Shown here: one piece after another, positions 1-11,933 of the stretch | Numbering within the stretch: the stretch's first letter is position 1 | How the letters are laid out: each line of letters starts with the position of its first letter | Source of the DNA: Takakia lepidozioides | Taxonomy: Eukaryota; Plantae; Bryophyta | Length of the DNA stretch: 64,000 nt | Assembly (NCBI GenBank): GCA_030704615.1 | Contig: CM060731.1 | Coordinates: 71,486,001 to 71,550,000, forward strand | Direction of reading: 5' to 3' | Made by a program: the position numbers and the translations under genes | The notes under the pieces: generated by a model | Databases searched by the model: none | Told to the model about the DNA's origin: nothing | Seen by the model: the letters and a program-made list of their open reading frames with translations, nothing else

Positions 1-150
1 TAACAGGAGCCAACAGCCCACATTTGCAGGATGGACAAACTTCTTCACGTCGTACATTAAGGAAAAGCCACACCTTGCGATTGCGGTCGTCACACCATCG
101 TGAAGGATCTTTAAAAATCTCATGTCAGCTCTGCTCCGTGCTACAAATGA

Positions 151-395
151 AGGGCCGAGTCTGATGAGAAGGCAAAACAGGCTGAAATAGGTCGAAGAAG
201 AAGATGCCCTCACCACATTGTCCTCGACCTTGTGTCATGACCCATGGAGGATTTGACTGACCATGAACTCAAGAGGACCTCTTCAGTGTGCTGCTTGTTT
301 CTGTAGTCAGGTAATGTCGGATTGGTCTGTGAGAACCACCACGGTGCAACTGAGCGGGTAGAGATTGAAACACGGTCTGCTAAGACCAAGCTGAC
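151..395 (-). repeat. Inverted paralogous copy of 6412-6619
   Basis: AGGGCCGAGTCTGATGAG...TAAGACCAAGCTGAC is the reverse complement of 6412-6619, apart from substitutions and a ~40-bp insertion. Confidence 0.85.
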
Positions 396-979
396 TCTCC
401 CAAGAACGGCGAGCTCCCAGCCAAAATCTCCTCGCACACATACCCTAGTGTTTCTAGGGTTGCTTGCTTCAGATGCGAAGGTTGCTCCAACTGCGGCCTC
501 CCATGCATGTTTGCCTTCCCTCCCGCTCGCTCGCTCTAAGTCCTAGCCCTCTCTCTCTATCTCCCTTCCTCCCGCTCACTCTAATTCTATTCACGGCTAC
601 CGTGATGGGCAACTTTTTAAGTTTTTTAACCTTTTTGCAAACCCTATAAGCAACTTTTTGATTTTTGATTTTTTTTAAAGGAAGCCTTAGGCCTTTGAGG
701 AAGGGGAAAAATTAACCCCTTTCATTTGGGCCATGAGACCTACAGGACGATCAACGCCCACACATATCGTCATGAACAATCCCACACATGGGGTAGGGCA
801 GCGGGTTTGAACCTTGAACCACTGGGGCGACACACTGTGCACCTACCAGCCGATGTGTTTTTTTTTTAATCTTTTGCACTTTGATTTTTTTTAAAAAATT
901 CATTCTAGTGGTTAGAGTCTCCGACATTTTTTCAAAATATAAACACTGATATATTATATATATAACCAGAAAAGCATCT

Positions 980-1320
980 GTCGACACGTGCAGTCATGTA
1001 GTGATTCATCCATGTGATGATCTGGCAGAATGCATTAGAGTGAGAGTCATGAAGTCATATGTCCGTCTAGCAATTTGCACACATCATTTCAGTGTAGGCA
1101 TGACCGTGACTAGTAGTCATATCTGCCATGCCAATATTTGTGGTCAAACATGTTTGACATGTGTTGCGCAAAGTCCGAAGTCATGCAATCGCATATACGC
1201 CCTCCCCAGACCTGCGTTATGACTTCAAAAGGCATTTACGACTGCAAATGGCATTTCTGCCACAAATTTGTCATGACTGCGCAGCCATGGGAGTCATAAA
1301 AGCCGCAATCTGTTGTAGTG
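980..1320. mobile_element. CACTA (En/Spm-like) DNA transposon terminus with subterminal repeats
   Basis: Ends ...AATCTGTTGTAGTG (reverse complement CACTACAACAGATT). Repeated GCAGTCATG/TTACGACTGC motifs lie inward. Homologous to the end at 11933. Left boundary approximate. Confidence 0.75.
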
Positions 1321-1329
1321 GCAACCAAG

Positions 1330-2570
1330 GCGACGGTGATGGATGAGGTTGGACGCGCTTCATCTTTGAAGTAAGGCTTCAAAAGGGAGACGGCAGCTCC
1401 AATTCATACACATCCTCATTCATAACCTTCCGAATGCGAAAGGGTCCCGCATACGGAGGTACGAACTTCGGACTCACTTCCGGAGGTAGTCGGAAATTCT
1501 TGATGTTCAACCAGACCTCTGTGCCTGCCTCAAATTTCACTTCCCTCCGCTTCCGATTCGCCTGCCTTTCATACCGTTTCCTAGCATACTTTACGAGCTT
1601 CAACAAACGCTCGCGTTCTTCCAGTACCGCCGCTACTGCCGGTTCCTCAACGTCCTGGGCGGCCCAACTTGTCGGCACCAGAGGTGCTTTTCCATAGACC
1701 AATACGAAAGGGGAAACTCCCGTTGCAGAGTGTTCTGTGTTATTATAACATAACTCTGTCGCGTCTAAGTGTTCCACCCACCCAGTCTGTTTGGTCTGCC
1801 GACACGTAATTTCCGCAAGATCTGCTTCACTACGGAATTCACTCTTTCTGTTTGGCCGTCGGTCGTAGGTCGGAAGGCGGTGCTCATCTTTAGCCTCGTC
1901 CCCATCTTCTTCCAAAGTGCCCTCCAAAATTTACTCGTAAACTTTGGATCGCGGTCCGAGACAATATCCTTCGGGACTCCATGATGCTTTAAGACGTGGG
2001 CGAAATAAAGACGCCCTGTCTCCTGCGCCGTTGCCGTCTCCTTGGTGGGGATGAAATGGCCCATTTTACTGAACCTATCCACCACCACCATGATTGCATC
2101 GAATCCTTTTGACAGCGGCATAGCAGTCATGAAATCCATCGAGACGCTTTTCCAAGTCCCCTCTGGAATCGGCAAGGGTTGTAACAGCCCCGCTTGCTTT
2201 TTGTACTCGCTCCGGTTTTGTTGGCATGTGGTGCATGTCTTGACATACTCCTCTGCCTCCTCCCTCAGTTTGGGCCAGAAATACTTTCTTCTTCAAGAGT
2301 GCCGCAGTGCGCTTGGCTCCGCCGTGGCCTGCAAGCGGGCTATCATGGCATTCTCTCAAGAGGCTATCTCTGATCCCTCCCTTCGGCACGTAGAGGCGCT
2401 TTTGCTTATACCGGAGCAACCCATTTTGCAAGTGGAACTGCGATTTAACCCCCATTCTCAAGTCATGCATCACGGACTTTGCCAGCTCATCCTTCCGGCA
2501 AGCCTTCCGGATCTTCCTTTGGAGCGCCGTCTCGCCCTTGTACACCAACAAGAGCTGCTGCTTTCTACTT
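1330..2570 (-). pseudogene. Gypsy integrase, frameshifted
   Basis: Split over several frames: H-H zinc finger (ECHDSPLAGHGG), SVSMDF/IVSDRD/DGQTERVN DDE core, GPF motif (PPYAGPFRI). Confidence 0.9.
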
Positions 2571-3759
2571 AAAGCATCGGCCACCACGTTGTCTCTCGTC
2601 CCGGTTTGTACTGGATATCCACGTCGAACACCGCCAAAGTATCTTGCCACCTAAGTTGTTTTGGGGACAACTTGGGCTGCGTGGCAAAATACTTCACCGT
2701 GACATTGTCCGTGAACACCTTCACTGGGTTGGAACTAACATAGTGGCGCCAGAGCTCAAAACAGTGCACCACCGCCTTCATCTCTTTCTCGTGCGTCGGC
2801 CACCGTCGCTCCACTTCATTCAGTTTCTTACTTTCGTAAGCCACTGGACGTCCATCTTGCATCAGTACACCCCCAATCGCGAAGTCCGACGCATCTGTAT
2901 GTATCTCGAACAGACGATCGAACTCCGGGATTTTCAAGACTGGAGCTTCCGCCATCCGCTGCTTCAATTCAGCAAAAGCTTGGCCACAAAAGGTGTTCCA
3001 TGCCCAGACTTTAGATTTACACAGAAGGTCCGACAGCGGCCCCGCGATCTTGGCAAAATTTCTCACATACTTCCGGTAATAGGAGGCGAGTCCTAGGAAG
3101 GAACGCACTCCCGAGACCGAAGTCGGAGGCTCCCAGTCCAAGATCGCCCTCACCTTTCTGTCATCATTTTTGATCCCATCCTGTGTAATCACATGCCCCA
3201 AGAACTCCACTTTCGTGACCCCGAATTCGCACTTTGAAGCTTTGGCATACAGCTTCCCTTCTCGCAATTTTTGGAACACCCTTTTGAGGTGCTCCAGGTG
3301 CTCCTCATTTGTTTTCGAGTACACCAAGATGTCGTCGATGTACACGATCACAAAGTCATCCAACCACTCCTGAAAAAGGCTGTTCATCAGCGTGCTAAAT
3401 GTCACTGGTGCATTGGTGAGCCCAAAAGGCATCACCAAGAACTCATATGAACCATACCTTGTCCTGCACGCGGTCTTCTCCTCATCTCCGTCCGCCACCC
3501 AAATTTGATGATAGCCGGAGCGTAACTCGATCCGGCTGAAATACTTCGCTCCTGCCAACCGATCGAAGAGGTCGTCGATCCTTGGCAAAGGATACCGGTT
3601 TTTGATAGTCACCTTATTCAGAGCCCTGTAATCGACACACATCCGCAGCGTCCCATCCTTCTTGTCTGCGAATAGCACCGGGGCTCCGTAAGGTGACTTA
3701 CTCGGCCGGATGTACCCCTTTGACATTAGATCCTTGAGCTGAGTCTTCAGCTCGACCAA
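2569..3759 (-). pseudogene. Gypsy reverse transcriptase / RNase H
   Basis: [46 protein letters not shown]; frameshifts at both ends. Confidence 0.95.
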
Positions 3760-4007
3760 CTCCTGTGGCTCAACCGGTAGGGTGCCTTGGCAGGCGGTTC
3801 CGATCCCGGTATCACCTCAATCTTGTGGTCAACTCCTCTTCGCGGTGGCAAGCCGCTTGGTAAATCCTCCGGCATCACATCCTGGTATTTCTCCAAAATC
3901 CCCTTGGGCTCGGCTCCCCATCGCCTTCTCTTTTCACTTCTCTAATGTAAAGCAAAAATTGGGGCTCGTGTGCCTCCTCCACGGCCCACTCCTTTGCTGA
4001 CAGAAGG

Positions 4008-5630
4008 TTATATTATTCGCCCTCCCACGGATTTGGGCGTTTCCGACACTCGTAAGACCTCGCCACCATTCCCACATGGCAGCGTGACTACTCTCTTGCG
4101 GCCATCTATAACCGCTCCGGATTTGCTCAAAAAGGTCATCCCCAAAATGAGATCCACTCCATCGATCTCGCAGATGGTGAAGTTTTCACGTCCCTCCCAA
4201 CTCCCCAATTGAAGAGGAACATCAAACGCCAACCTTGTCGCCAACTGAGGTTCTCCTGTGGCAGAGCGCACCTCAATAGAGGCCCCCACGTCACTTGTCG
4301 GGAGTCCCAACTTTCGCGCCGCCGCCGGCGTCATGAAGGAGTGCGACGCTCCTGTGTCCACCAACAACGACACGTTAGTTCCGGATATTATCCCATCCAC
4401 GAACAATAACTGACTCCCTTTACGCAGAGCGCCAGTTTCCTGATACAACTCACAAGAATAGTTGTCTACCTTGCAAGTCCTGGCGACCACCGCTTCCACC
4501 AAGCGACTGATGGTATCTTCCGACAGCTCTGTGGTTGCCCGAGTCATGTTCAATTGTCGAGGTTTTGTGCACTTCTTGGCCATGTGCCCGGGCTCCCCGC
4601 AATTGAAACACACTCCATCAAAGGTTGTCTTCTGTCCGCCATAAGCCGCTCCACCCGCTTTTCCTTTCGAAGCACCGGGTGCCGCCTTGACGTGTGAAGG
4701 CCCTCCCTTCGATTTCCACGTGCCATTGTTGCCGCGTGGCCTATCCCACTTCTTTTCCGGTCGGAAGGAGTCACCTTCCCGCCGGGTCTTCTTGTGGTTC
4801 AGCTCCGTACGGCCTTGTCTCTCACCCCTAGGGACATCCGAGAAACATTCAGCCCTCTCAATTGCCTCGTTCAAAGTCTTGGGTGGCTTCTCCTCCAACT
4901 TCCGCCTGGCCCATGGGGCCAGTCCCGCCACAAAGTTGAAGACCATTTCTGGTTCTGCCATGTCCGCGACTTCGAGCAACAGCACATTGAAAGCCTGGAC
5001 ATACCCCCGAATGTCATCTGTTTGCTTCAAATTCCTCATCCTGTCCCGGGCAAGCCAGGACGTGTTGAGGGGCACATACTGTCTCTTCATCAATTCCTTG
5101 AACCCACTCCAGTTCAAGGTTTCCGGGCTTGGGCCTCGGTCGTGAAGGCGTTTCTGCCACCATTGTTGAGCATAGCCCCTCAAATAGGTGGGAGCCACTT
5201 CCACCCGATCCTCGTCACTCAACTTGGCCGCCCGGAAGTACTGCTCTAGCTCCAGGAGCCAGGTGTTGAGTGCCTTCCGATTTCGGACGCCCTCGAAGGT
5301 GCCGGGTTCCTTAGGCTTCACTTTAAACTTTGCCTTAGTGGAAGTGGCATTAGCCGCCTTCAACACGTCTTTCAACGTCCCGCCAAACTGCGCCAACAAC
5401 CCTTCCCAAAAGGCTGCCGGCATGGGAGGCATCTGTTGGTCGGTCGGAGCTCTCACGGATTCCTCGGGCTCCGACTCCTCGGATTCCTCCCGCTCTTGAG
5501 CGGCCTCGCTTTCAGAAACCTGCGTCGCTTCCTCAAACGGCCGCTTCGGTGACACGTCGCCCCCATCGGGCTCACCAGGATCATCATCTTTTGGGCCGTT
5601 CCGCTTTCGCTTTGGCTTGCCCGACCCCAT
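4008..5630 (-). CDS. Gypsy gag-protease ORF
   Basis: Zinc knuckle CFNCGEPGHMAKKC; protease LLVDTGASHSF and DLILGM. First ATG downstream of the PBS is at 5630. Confidence 0.9.
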   Translation of the reverse strand: MGSGKPKRKRNGPKDDDPGEPDGGDVSPKRPFEEATQVSESEAAQEREESEESEPEESVRAPTDQQMPPMPAAFWEGLLAQFGGTLKDVLKAANATSTKAKFKVKPKEPGTFEGVRNRKALNTWLLELEQYFRAAKLSDEDRVEVAPTYLRGYAQQWWQKRLHDRGPSPETLNWSGFKELMKRQYVPLNTSWLARDRMRNLKQTDDIRGYVQAFNVLLLEVADMAEPEMVFNFVAGLAPWARRKLEEKPPKTLNEAIERAECFSDVPRGERQGRTELNHKKTRREGDSFRPEKKWDRPRGNNGTWKSKGGPSHVKAAPGASKGKAGGAAYGGQKTTFDGVCFNCGEPGHMAKKCTKPRQLNMTRATTELSEDTISRLVEAVVARTCKVDNYSCELYQETGALRKGSQLLFVDGIISGTNVSLLVDTGASHSFMTPAAARKLGLPTSDVGASIEVRSATGEPQLATRLAFDVPLQLGSWEGRENFTICEIDGVDLILGMTFLSKSGAVIDGRKRVVTLPCGNGGEVLRVSETPKSVGGRII

Positions 5631-5671
5631 GATGAGGCCAATCCCAAGGATGATCGCGTACTGAACTCTAA

Positions 5672-5683
5672 GCTCTGATACCA
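5672..5683 (-). promoter_or_regulatory. Primer-binding site (initiator tRNA-Met)
   Basis: TGGTATCAGAGC on the minus strand, 2 nt from the LTR end. Confidence 0.9.
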
Positions 5684-5685
5684 AG

Positions 5686-6411
5686 TGTCGCGCACCTCAC
5701 TTCAGTAAGCTCCCCTTCAAGATATAGTTACTCGCTTTGATGCGCGCGCCTGACTCCCAACCTGGCCGCCGGGCCAACTTGGAGCTTCGGCTGCTCACCG
5801 GGACATAACGGTCCCCCCCTTCGCTTCCCACTAAACCCTCCACCTATTTGGGCCTAGAGGAATTCCCTTTAGTAGATGGCAGTCCGGAACAGCTCCCCAC
5901 TCTTTGGTCGCTTTCCGGCTCGCTCGCTTACTCACTAGTTTTTGGTCACCAACGGGCTTGCACCGTTCTCGGGTTACTACTCCCTATATATACTTCTGTA
6001 GCTGTCCGCGGGGGTTTCACAACCAGCCATGCCATTTTATGGCGAACCACCACGAAAACCCTCGACTCCCGGTGATGAGTCGCGGTGAGTCTTGGCCTGC
6101 TCACCACGGCCCCTATGGACCGTGATGAGTCCCAAGACTCCCCACGACTCCCACCACGAGGTCTCCGCCCCCATGGTGAGTCCTATGCCACCCCCACTAA
6201 GTCCCGCTAAGCTACCACCACCCCTTGTGGAGCCACCCCCACCGCAACCCGGTGTGCGGGGCTCCACCTAGTGAGCGCCTCCGCTTCCCTGAGTGCCTTG
6301 GGCGCTCAAGGGTGCTTCAGCCCCCCATACCTATCGCTGCCGCTGCCCCCACCACAGGGGCAGCCCCTCATGTGTCCCGACCCCCTGCCCTCAAGGCAAA
6401 GGGCCGCGACA
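5686..6411 (-). repeat. 5' LTR (726 bp) of the Gypsy element
   Basis: Bounded by terminal inverted repeat TGTCGCG...CGCGACA, adjacent to the PBS. Confidence 0.85.
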
Positions 6412-6764
6412 GTCAGCTTGGTCTTAGCAGGCCGTGTTTCAATCTTTGCCCGCTCAGCTGCACCGTGGTGGTTCTCACAGACCAATCCGACATTACCTGA
6501 CTACAAGACACAAGCAGCACACACAAGAGGTCCTTTTGGGTTGATGGTCGGTCAAATCCTCTATGGGTTCTTCTTCGACCTATTTCAGCCTGTTTTGCCC
6601 TCTCATCAGACTCGGCCCTGAGATGCATATTGAATTATGTAAGTTAGCTTGTTGCTCATTGATAAGTAGGGTTGGGGGTGTTTGCTGGAATGATTGTTGT
6701 ATGCATGATTTTGTGCAGAGGCATAGATAGCTGAAGGAGCAGGGATAGAGTGTGGGTCCAAATT

Positions 6765-7900
6765 CATCGAAGAGGGCCAGATTTCAAGCTCCAGATTACC
6801 TATGATTCCCTGTGGAAGGATAGATACAAGAAACCTGCATGGGTAGATGGTCAATTGGAAGCCGCAACAATAGCGGCACAATTGATAAAATCAAGCACTG
6901 CTAATGAAGGCACCTTTTGAAACACATTTCACCTATTTTCCCCTCTTATCAGAATCGGTCCTAAATTTTCATGTTGAATTCTGCAAGTTAGCTGGTTGAG
7001 TGAATCTAGTTGGAGTGACTTTGACATGATACTGCCAATGTGACAAGAATATGCATTGAACCCATTGGTAGTGGGATATTGGGATATCTCTTGGCCATGT
7101 GCCATCGTCAAAGCTGACATTGTACTAGTTGTCATTTTGACCACTGCCTTAGTGGACTCAAATGTGGGTGCAACAAGCCTGATGCAAAGGGAGAGTTCGA
7201 CAACATGGCTAAATGAGATGTGGTGTTGTGGACTGCCATGATTGTAAGGTGTGTGTAGCATAGGTGTGGGAGTAAGGCTTTGGAAACCTAAGAACAAATG
7301 ATGTAGGAAAGGATGAAACCAAACCAGGTCATGTTCATTTGTGTTTGTTAATATGCATATGCGAGCCTAGCAGCCCTGGGAAGGGGCCAAGAGGTTCATG
7401 GTGACATCATCAAAGGTGGAATTGTACCTGATGTCATTCTGAACATTCCCTTGGTGTACATGTCAAATGTGAGCCTGGTAGCCCTGGAAAGGGCGCAAAG
7501 GTCCATCATCAAATCTGGAATTGTACCACTAGATGTCACTTTAAACACTGCCTTGGTGGATATGTATGTCAAATGCAAGCCTGGCAGCCCTGGAAAAGGG
7601 TACAGAGGTCCACGGTGATATTGTCAAAGCTGGTATTGTATCTGATGTGATTCTGAACGTTGCCGTAGTGGACATATATGCCAAGGTTGCAGGGTGCAAC
7701 TACAAGGATACATGGCTGTTTTGATAATATGGCTGAATGAGATGTGGTACCAGCCTAGCCCATAATTGCACTTAACTAGAGTAGGCAATGAGTGGAGACG
7801 GGGTTTGTGATGACATCGTCCAAGCTGGAATTAAACAAATGTTGTTCCGAACTATGCTCTTGTGGACTTGTATGCCAAATTGGGGTGCATGGAGGATGAT
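6765..7900 (+). pseudogene. Degraded PLS-class PPR gene preceded by an OSB-type PDF-motif segment
   Basis: GPDFKLQI...LW...KPAWVD at ~6770-6850. Then PPR motifs: DVTLNTALVDMYVKC, EVHGDIVKAGIVSDVILNVAVVDIYAK, FDNMA..DVV.WTAMI. Many stops and frameshifts. Confidence 0.75.
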
Positions 7901-8406
7901 GATCCCAGGATATGCACAACAGTGGCGCGGGATAGAGGCCCTTTGGAGAGGTCTATGAGCAAGTGGTGTGGGAAGGGATACTGCAACGCAACCACATCGC
8001 GTTTGTTACGTTTGCAACATGTGTGCGAGCCTGGCAGCGAGGGCAGCAAAGCCGTGAGCAGAACCCGTGAGCAGATTCCTGGATGCGTGAGCAGATTCAA
8101 AGCGTGAACAGATTTTTGATGCGGACCCCAAAACCGTGGGAACAAGTGGGCCTATTGCCGTGGACGCCAACTTCACTACAACGGCGCAATCTCCGCTCCA
8201 TCGGACCGAAGACAGACATACTCCATGACGACAAAGTGGCACGAATGCACGATGAAACATTCACGGATGAATGGATTTGGAATGGACGTAAAAGTGAAAT
8301 GGATGAATGTTGGATGAAGCACGGATGAAAAGTTGTCCAGATGAGGGGACTATGGACGACTGTATGAGCATGTCTCGTGAGGGATTAGCAAGCGCAGGGA
8401 GCAGGC

Positions 8407-9800
8407 ATTAAGGTGTCGTCAACGACATCTTAATCCCATGCCCTGTTTGGACATGGGAATTTCACCAAACAGGATAAAACACTATATATATATATAAGCC
8501 CAAAAATGGAGAAAGATTTGGGTTTACTAGAACAAAGTGGATCCATGAAGAGTGACTGGTCTCATTTGCAAGAGAGTAGCTACCGTGTGAGCAGTTCACG
8601 TGAGCACGCTCACGCTTTAAGTGGTAAACGTGAGCAGAATCCCTTAAACGTGAGCAGATTAGTGATTGGGAGCCTACAACCGAGGGAAGAAGATGGTCTA
8701 TTGCCATGGACAAAAACTACACTGTACGGACACAATCTCCACCCCATCCGACATAAGAATCCTACATGGGTGACGACCGTATGGTACGAATGTGCGATGA
8801 AAAGCTGTCGGATGAATGAAAAAATGAATGGATGAATGTTGGATGACTTTGGATGAAAAATGAGCGACGTGAATGAACCATGGTGCGTGTGCAGGTGCTC
8901 GGGATTAAGGTGTCGTCAACGACATCTTAATTCCTAGTACGAGTTGGCACATGACAGCTTACGGAAAAACCAAAATCCCTGAATTGTTTTTCCCAAAAAC
9001 ATTCACCAAAAACATTTCAACCCAAAAAACTTTCAAGGCGAAGAAGCCTTGGCGGTAAGGCGGTGTGCAGGTGGTGGGGATTAAGGTGTCGTCAACGACA
9101 TCTTAATTCCCAGTACGAGTTGGCACATGACAATTCATAGAAAAACCAAAAACCCCAAAAAATTTCACCCAAAAAATTTCAACCCACAAAAATCTGATGG
9201 CGAACAAGCCTTGGCGGTAAGGCGGTGCGTGTGCAGGTGCTGGGGATTAAGGTGTCGTCAACGACATCTTAATTCCCAGTACAAGTTGGCATATGACAAT
9301 TCATGGAAAAATCAAAAACCCCAAAAAAATTCACCCGAAATTTTTTGATGGCGAACAAGCCTTGGCGGTAAGGCAGTGTGTGTGCAGGTGCTGGGGATTA
9401 AGGTGTCATGAACAACATCTTAATTCCCAGTACGTGTTTTGAGATGTTTATTTATAAAGCACGAGTTCACCTCTCTGCCTTCTTTAGATTTGGGTGTGAG
9501 CATTTCTCTCAACCTTGGATACCGTTTGATTCAAGGTGGCCTCAACTCTGCACCTCTGCTTTCAATTTCAATGTAGTCTTGTGTTGTTCTGTGTTATGCC
9601 ATTCTCTTGTTTGATTGCTATTTGAGAGATGGAATTAAGGTGTCGTTGACGATACCTTAAATCCATGCCCCCCTCTTGGGATGAGTTTGCCATGAATGAG
9701 GATCTTACATGGTCAGATTTTTTTGAAAGTTGCCAACATCAGTTATGGAGTCCTGCCTCTTAGTGCCTGGATTAAGATGTCATTAACGATACCTTAATCC
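8407..9800. repeat. Seven copies of a palindromic motif, four within ~150-175-bp tandem units
   Basis: ATTAAGGTGTCGTCAACGACATCTTAAT or variants at ~8407, 8904, 9080, 9246, 9398, 9634, 9770. Confidence 0.85.
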
Positions 9801-10499
9801 TGAGAGTGAATTGCAGCCATTTTGGGATCTTTTGGGATGAAGTGGGACGAGCAGCTCTACTCTCAAGTCATCGCACCTATGTCTGGGGGTTCATCGCATT
9901 CGACCCATACTGAGAACATTGTTATGGAGCAGGATCTGCAAAAGCCCAATGCTCTAGATGTTGATTCCGATTTCTCATGTGAGTAATTGCTAGTTCAGTT
10001 GTGGTACTTCACTGACACGACGGCGCATCCTTCTATTTCCATCTTTCCTGCACAAGTTGGGCCAGCAGAATATATGTGGACTTTACATTGTTTGTGTGTG
10101 TGTACAGGAGCCCAAGGTCGCCACGGTTCCTCCCTTTCTTTGCAAACCCGCAATTTTTCCCAAGTCCAAAAGCAGATTTTAAATTGTCATGTTATGCGGA
10201 GGCTGCAGCTTCGGAATTTAGTCTCTTCTCTTCTCCCCCTGCTGTGCTTTTAAACAGAAAGGGTTTTGTGCAAAGCAGGGCTAGTGTCTTCATAGACAGT
10301 TCTGCCTTCATTTTGGACGCCGACTCCAGTAGCATAGAATATTCTTCGTCGGAATGAATCTGCAGTTTTTGAACTATTTAGTTTGAAGCACCAAATGGCC
10401 TCTCCACCTTCTTTGCAATTGTGTGTCAGCAACTATGTCGACTTCTGATACCTGGTGAAAGGACAATCACAACCCTCACCACTGGGTAGAGGTTCACTC

Positions 10500-11330
10500 T
10501 AGAGCTAGGTGGATTTAGCAACCACTACTCAAAAATGCATCTTAGTTTTGCATTGATTACCTGTGGATCAATAGCTATAAGAAACCTGCATGGGTAGATG
10601 ATGAACTGGAAGCCGCAGGAGTAGCGGCACAATTGATAAAATTAGGCACTGCTAATAAAGGCACCTTCTTCAACACATTTCACCCTATTTTTCCCTCTTA
10701 TCAGAAACCGAACCTAAATTTCCATGTCTGCAAGTTAGCTGGTTGAGTGAATCTAGTTTGGAGTGACTTTGACATGATATTGCCAATGTGACAACAGGGA
10801 AGTATCGAAAAACAGTTAATTGAGATGAGGGGAAGCTGTGGAATGAATACTTTTTTGACCCCAGTCAATGGTGGGACAACCGAGGCAAAAAGGTAAATGC
10901 CTGTTGGATTACTGAGAGTAGCAGATGCAATTGAGAATAGGAACTAGTGTGATAAGTTGAGTTGGGTGTTTGTTGGAACAAATGTAGGCTGTCATTGTCA
11001 GCTGCTAACAACAATGCAAGGATATATGCATGATCCATGTAGAGGCATGAATAGCTGAAGGAGCAGGGATAGAGTGTGGGTCCAGATCATCCAAGAGAGC
11101 CGGATTTCAAGCTCCAGATTACCGATGATTCCCTATGGAAGGATAGCTACAAGAAATCTGCATGGGTAGATGGTCATGGGTAGATGGTAGATAGTTTGGA
11201 GTGACTTTGGTATGATACTGCCAAAGTGACAATAGGAAAGTATCCAGAAACAGGTAACAGAGATGAGGAGAAGTTGTGGAATGAACTTTTTTGACCCCAG
11301 TCAATGGTGGGACAACAGAGGCAAAAAGGT
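10500..11330 (+). pseudogene. OSB-like PDF-motif gene fragments (duplicated)
   Basis: LWNEYFFDPSQWWDNRGKK|gt at ~10835-10892, repeated at ~11275-11328; PREPDFKLQITDDSLWKDSYKKSAWVD at ~11090-11170. Segments duplicate 6715-7045. Confidence 0.7.
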
Positions 11331-11539
11331 GAATGCCTATTAGATTACAGAGAGTAGTAGATGCAATTCAGCATAGGCACTAAAGGCAAACTCACCTTCC
11401 CCGTAAGGGTGTGTTTTGGTATCTGAGCGAATAAATATTTTATCTAAGAATATAATTTCAAAAATTTGTTAATTAATAATGTTCCGTTGTCCCCTGTTGG
11501 TCAAAAGTAATAATAATAATTATAGTAATTATAATAACA

Positions 11540-11933
11540 ATAAATTAAATCCCCAACCCCCCACAGCGACGCGTGTCAATTGACATGAGGAACCACGTGT
11601 CAGAATCACGATGCGACACGTGTTGACGTCTGATTCCCTCCTCTGCAGTCAGGATGGCGTCGCAGTCTGACACGTGGCGTGTTCTGTAGAGAGCACGTGT
11701 CTCTCTTACATTGCGGCTGACATGGACCCGTTCAGTCATTCAGTAAAGCCAGCGTGTATGACTACCCCCATAGCTGCTCAGGCGCCACGTCACAGCAAGG
11801 CTGGTGAGTCATATCTGCCATGCCACAACTGACTAGGGTTTTACGACTGCAGAGTCATGAAGTCGTAAATGGCTTTCATAACTGCATTTGCAGTCATAAC
11901 ATAGAGTCGTAAAAGCTACAATCTATTGTAGTG
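11540..11933. mobile_element. Second CACTA terminus, same family and orientation as the one at 1320
   Basis: Ends ...AATCTATTGTAGTG (reverse complement CACTACAATAGATT) with the same subterminal motifs. Left boundary approximate. Confidence 0.75.

Larger units (their letters stand above)
1321..6411 (-). mobile_element. Ty3/Gypsy LTR retrotransposon, 3'-truncated (5' LTR-PBS-gag-PR-RT-RH-INT)
   Basis: Domain order gag(CCHC)-protease-RT-RNaseH-integrase. One LTR and a Met-i PBS are present. The 3' LTR is missing where the CACTA end abuts. Confidence 0.95.

Noticed and set aside
1321-1400. Chromodomain after the Gypsy integrase
   Set aside because: The element is cut by the CACTA end before any chromodomain could be seen.
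8885-9430. CRISPR-like palindromic repeats
   Set aside because: Intervening sequences are long and homologous to each other, there are no cas genes, and the context is eukaryotic.
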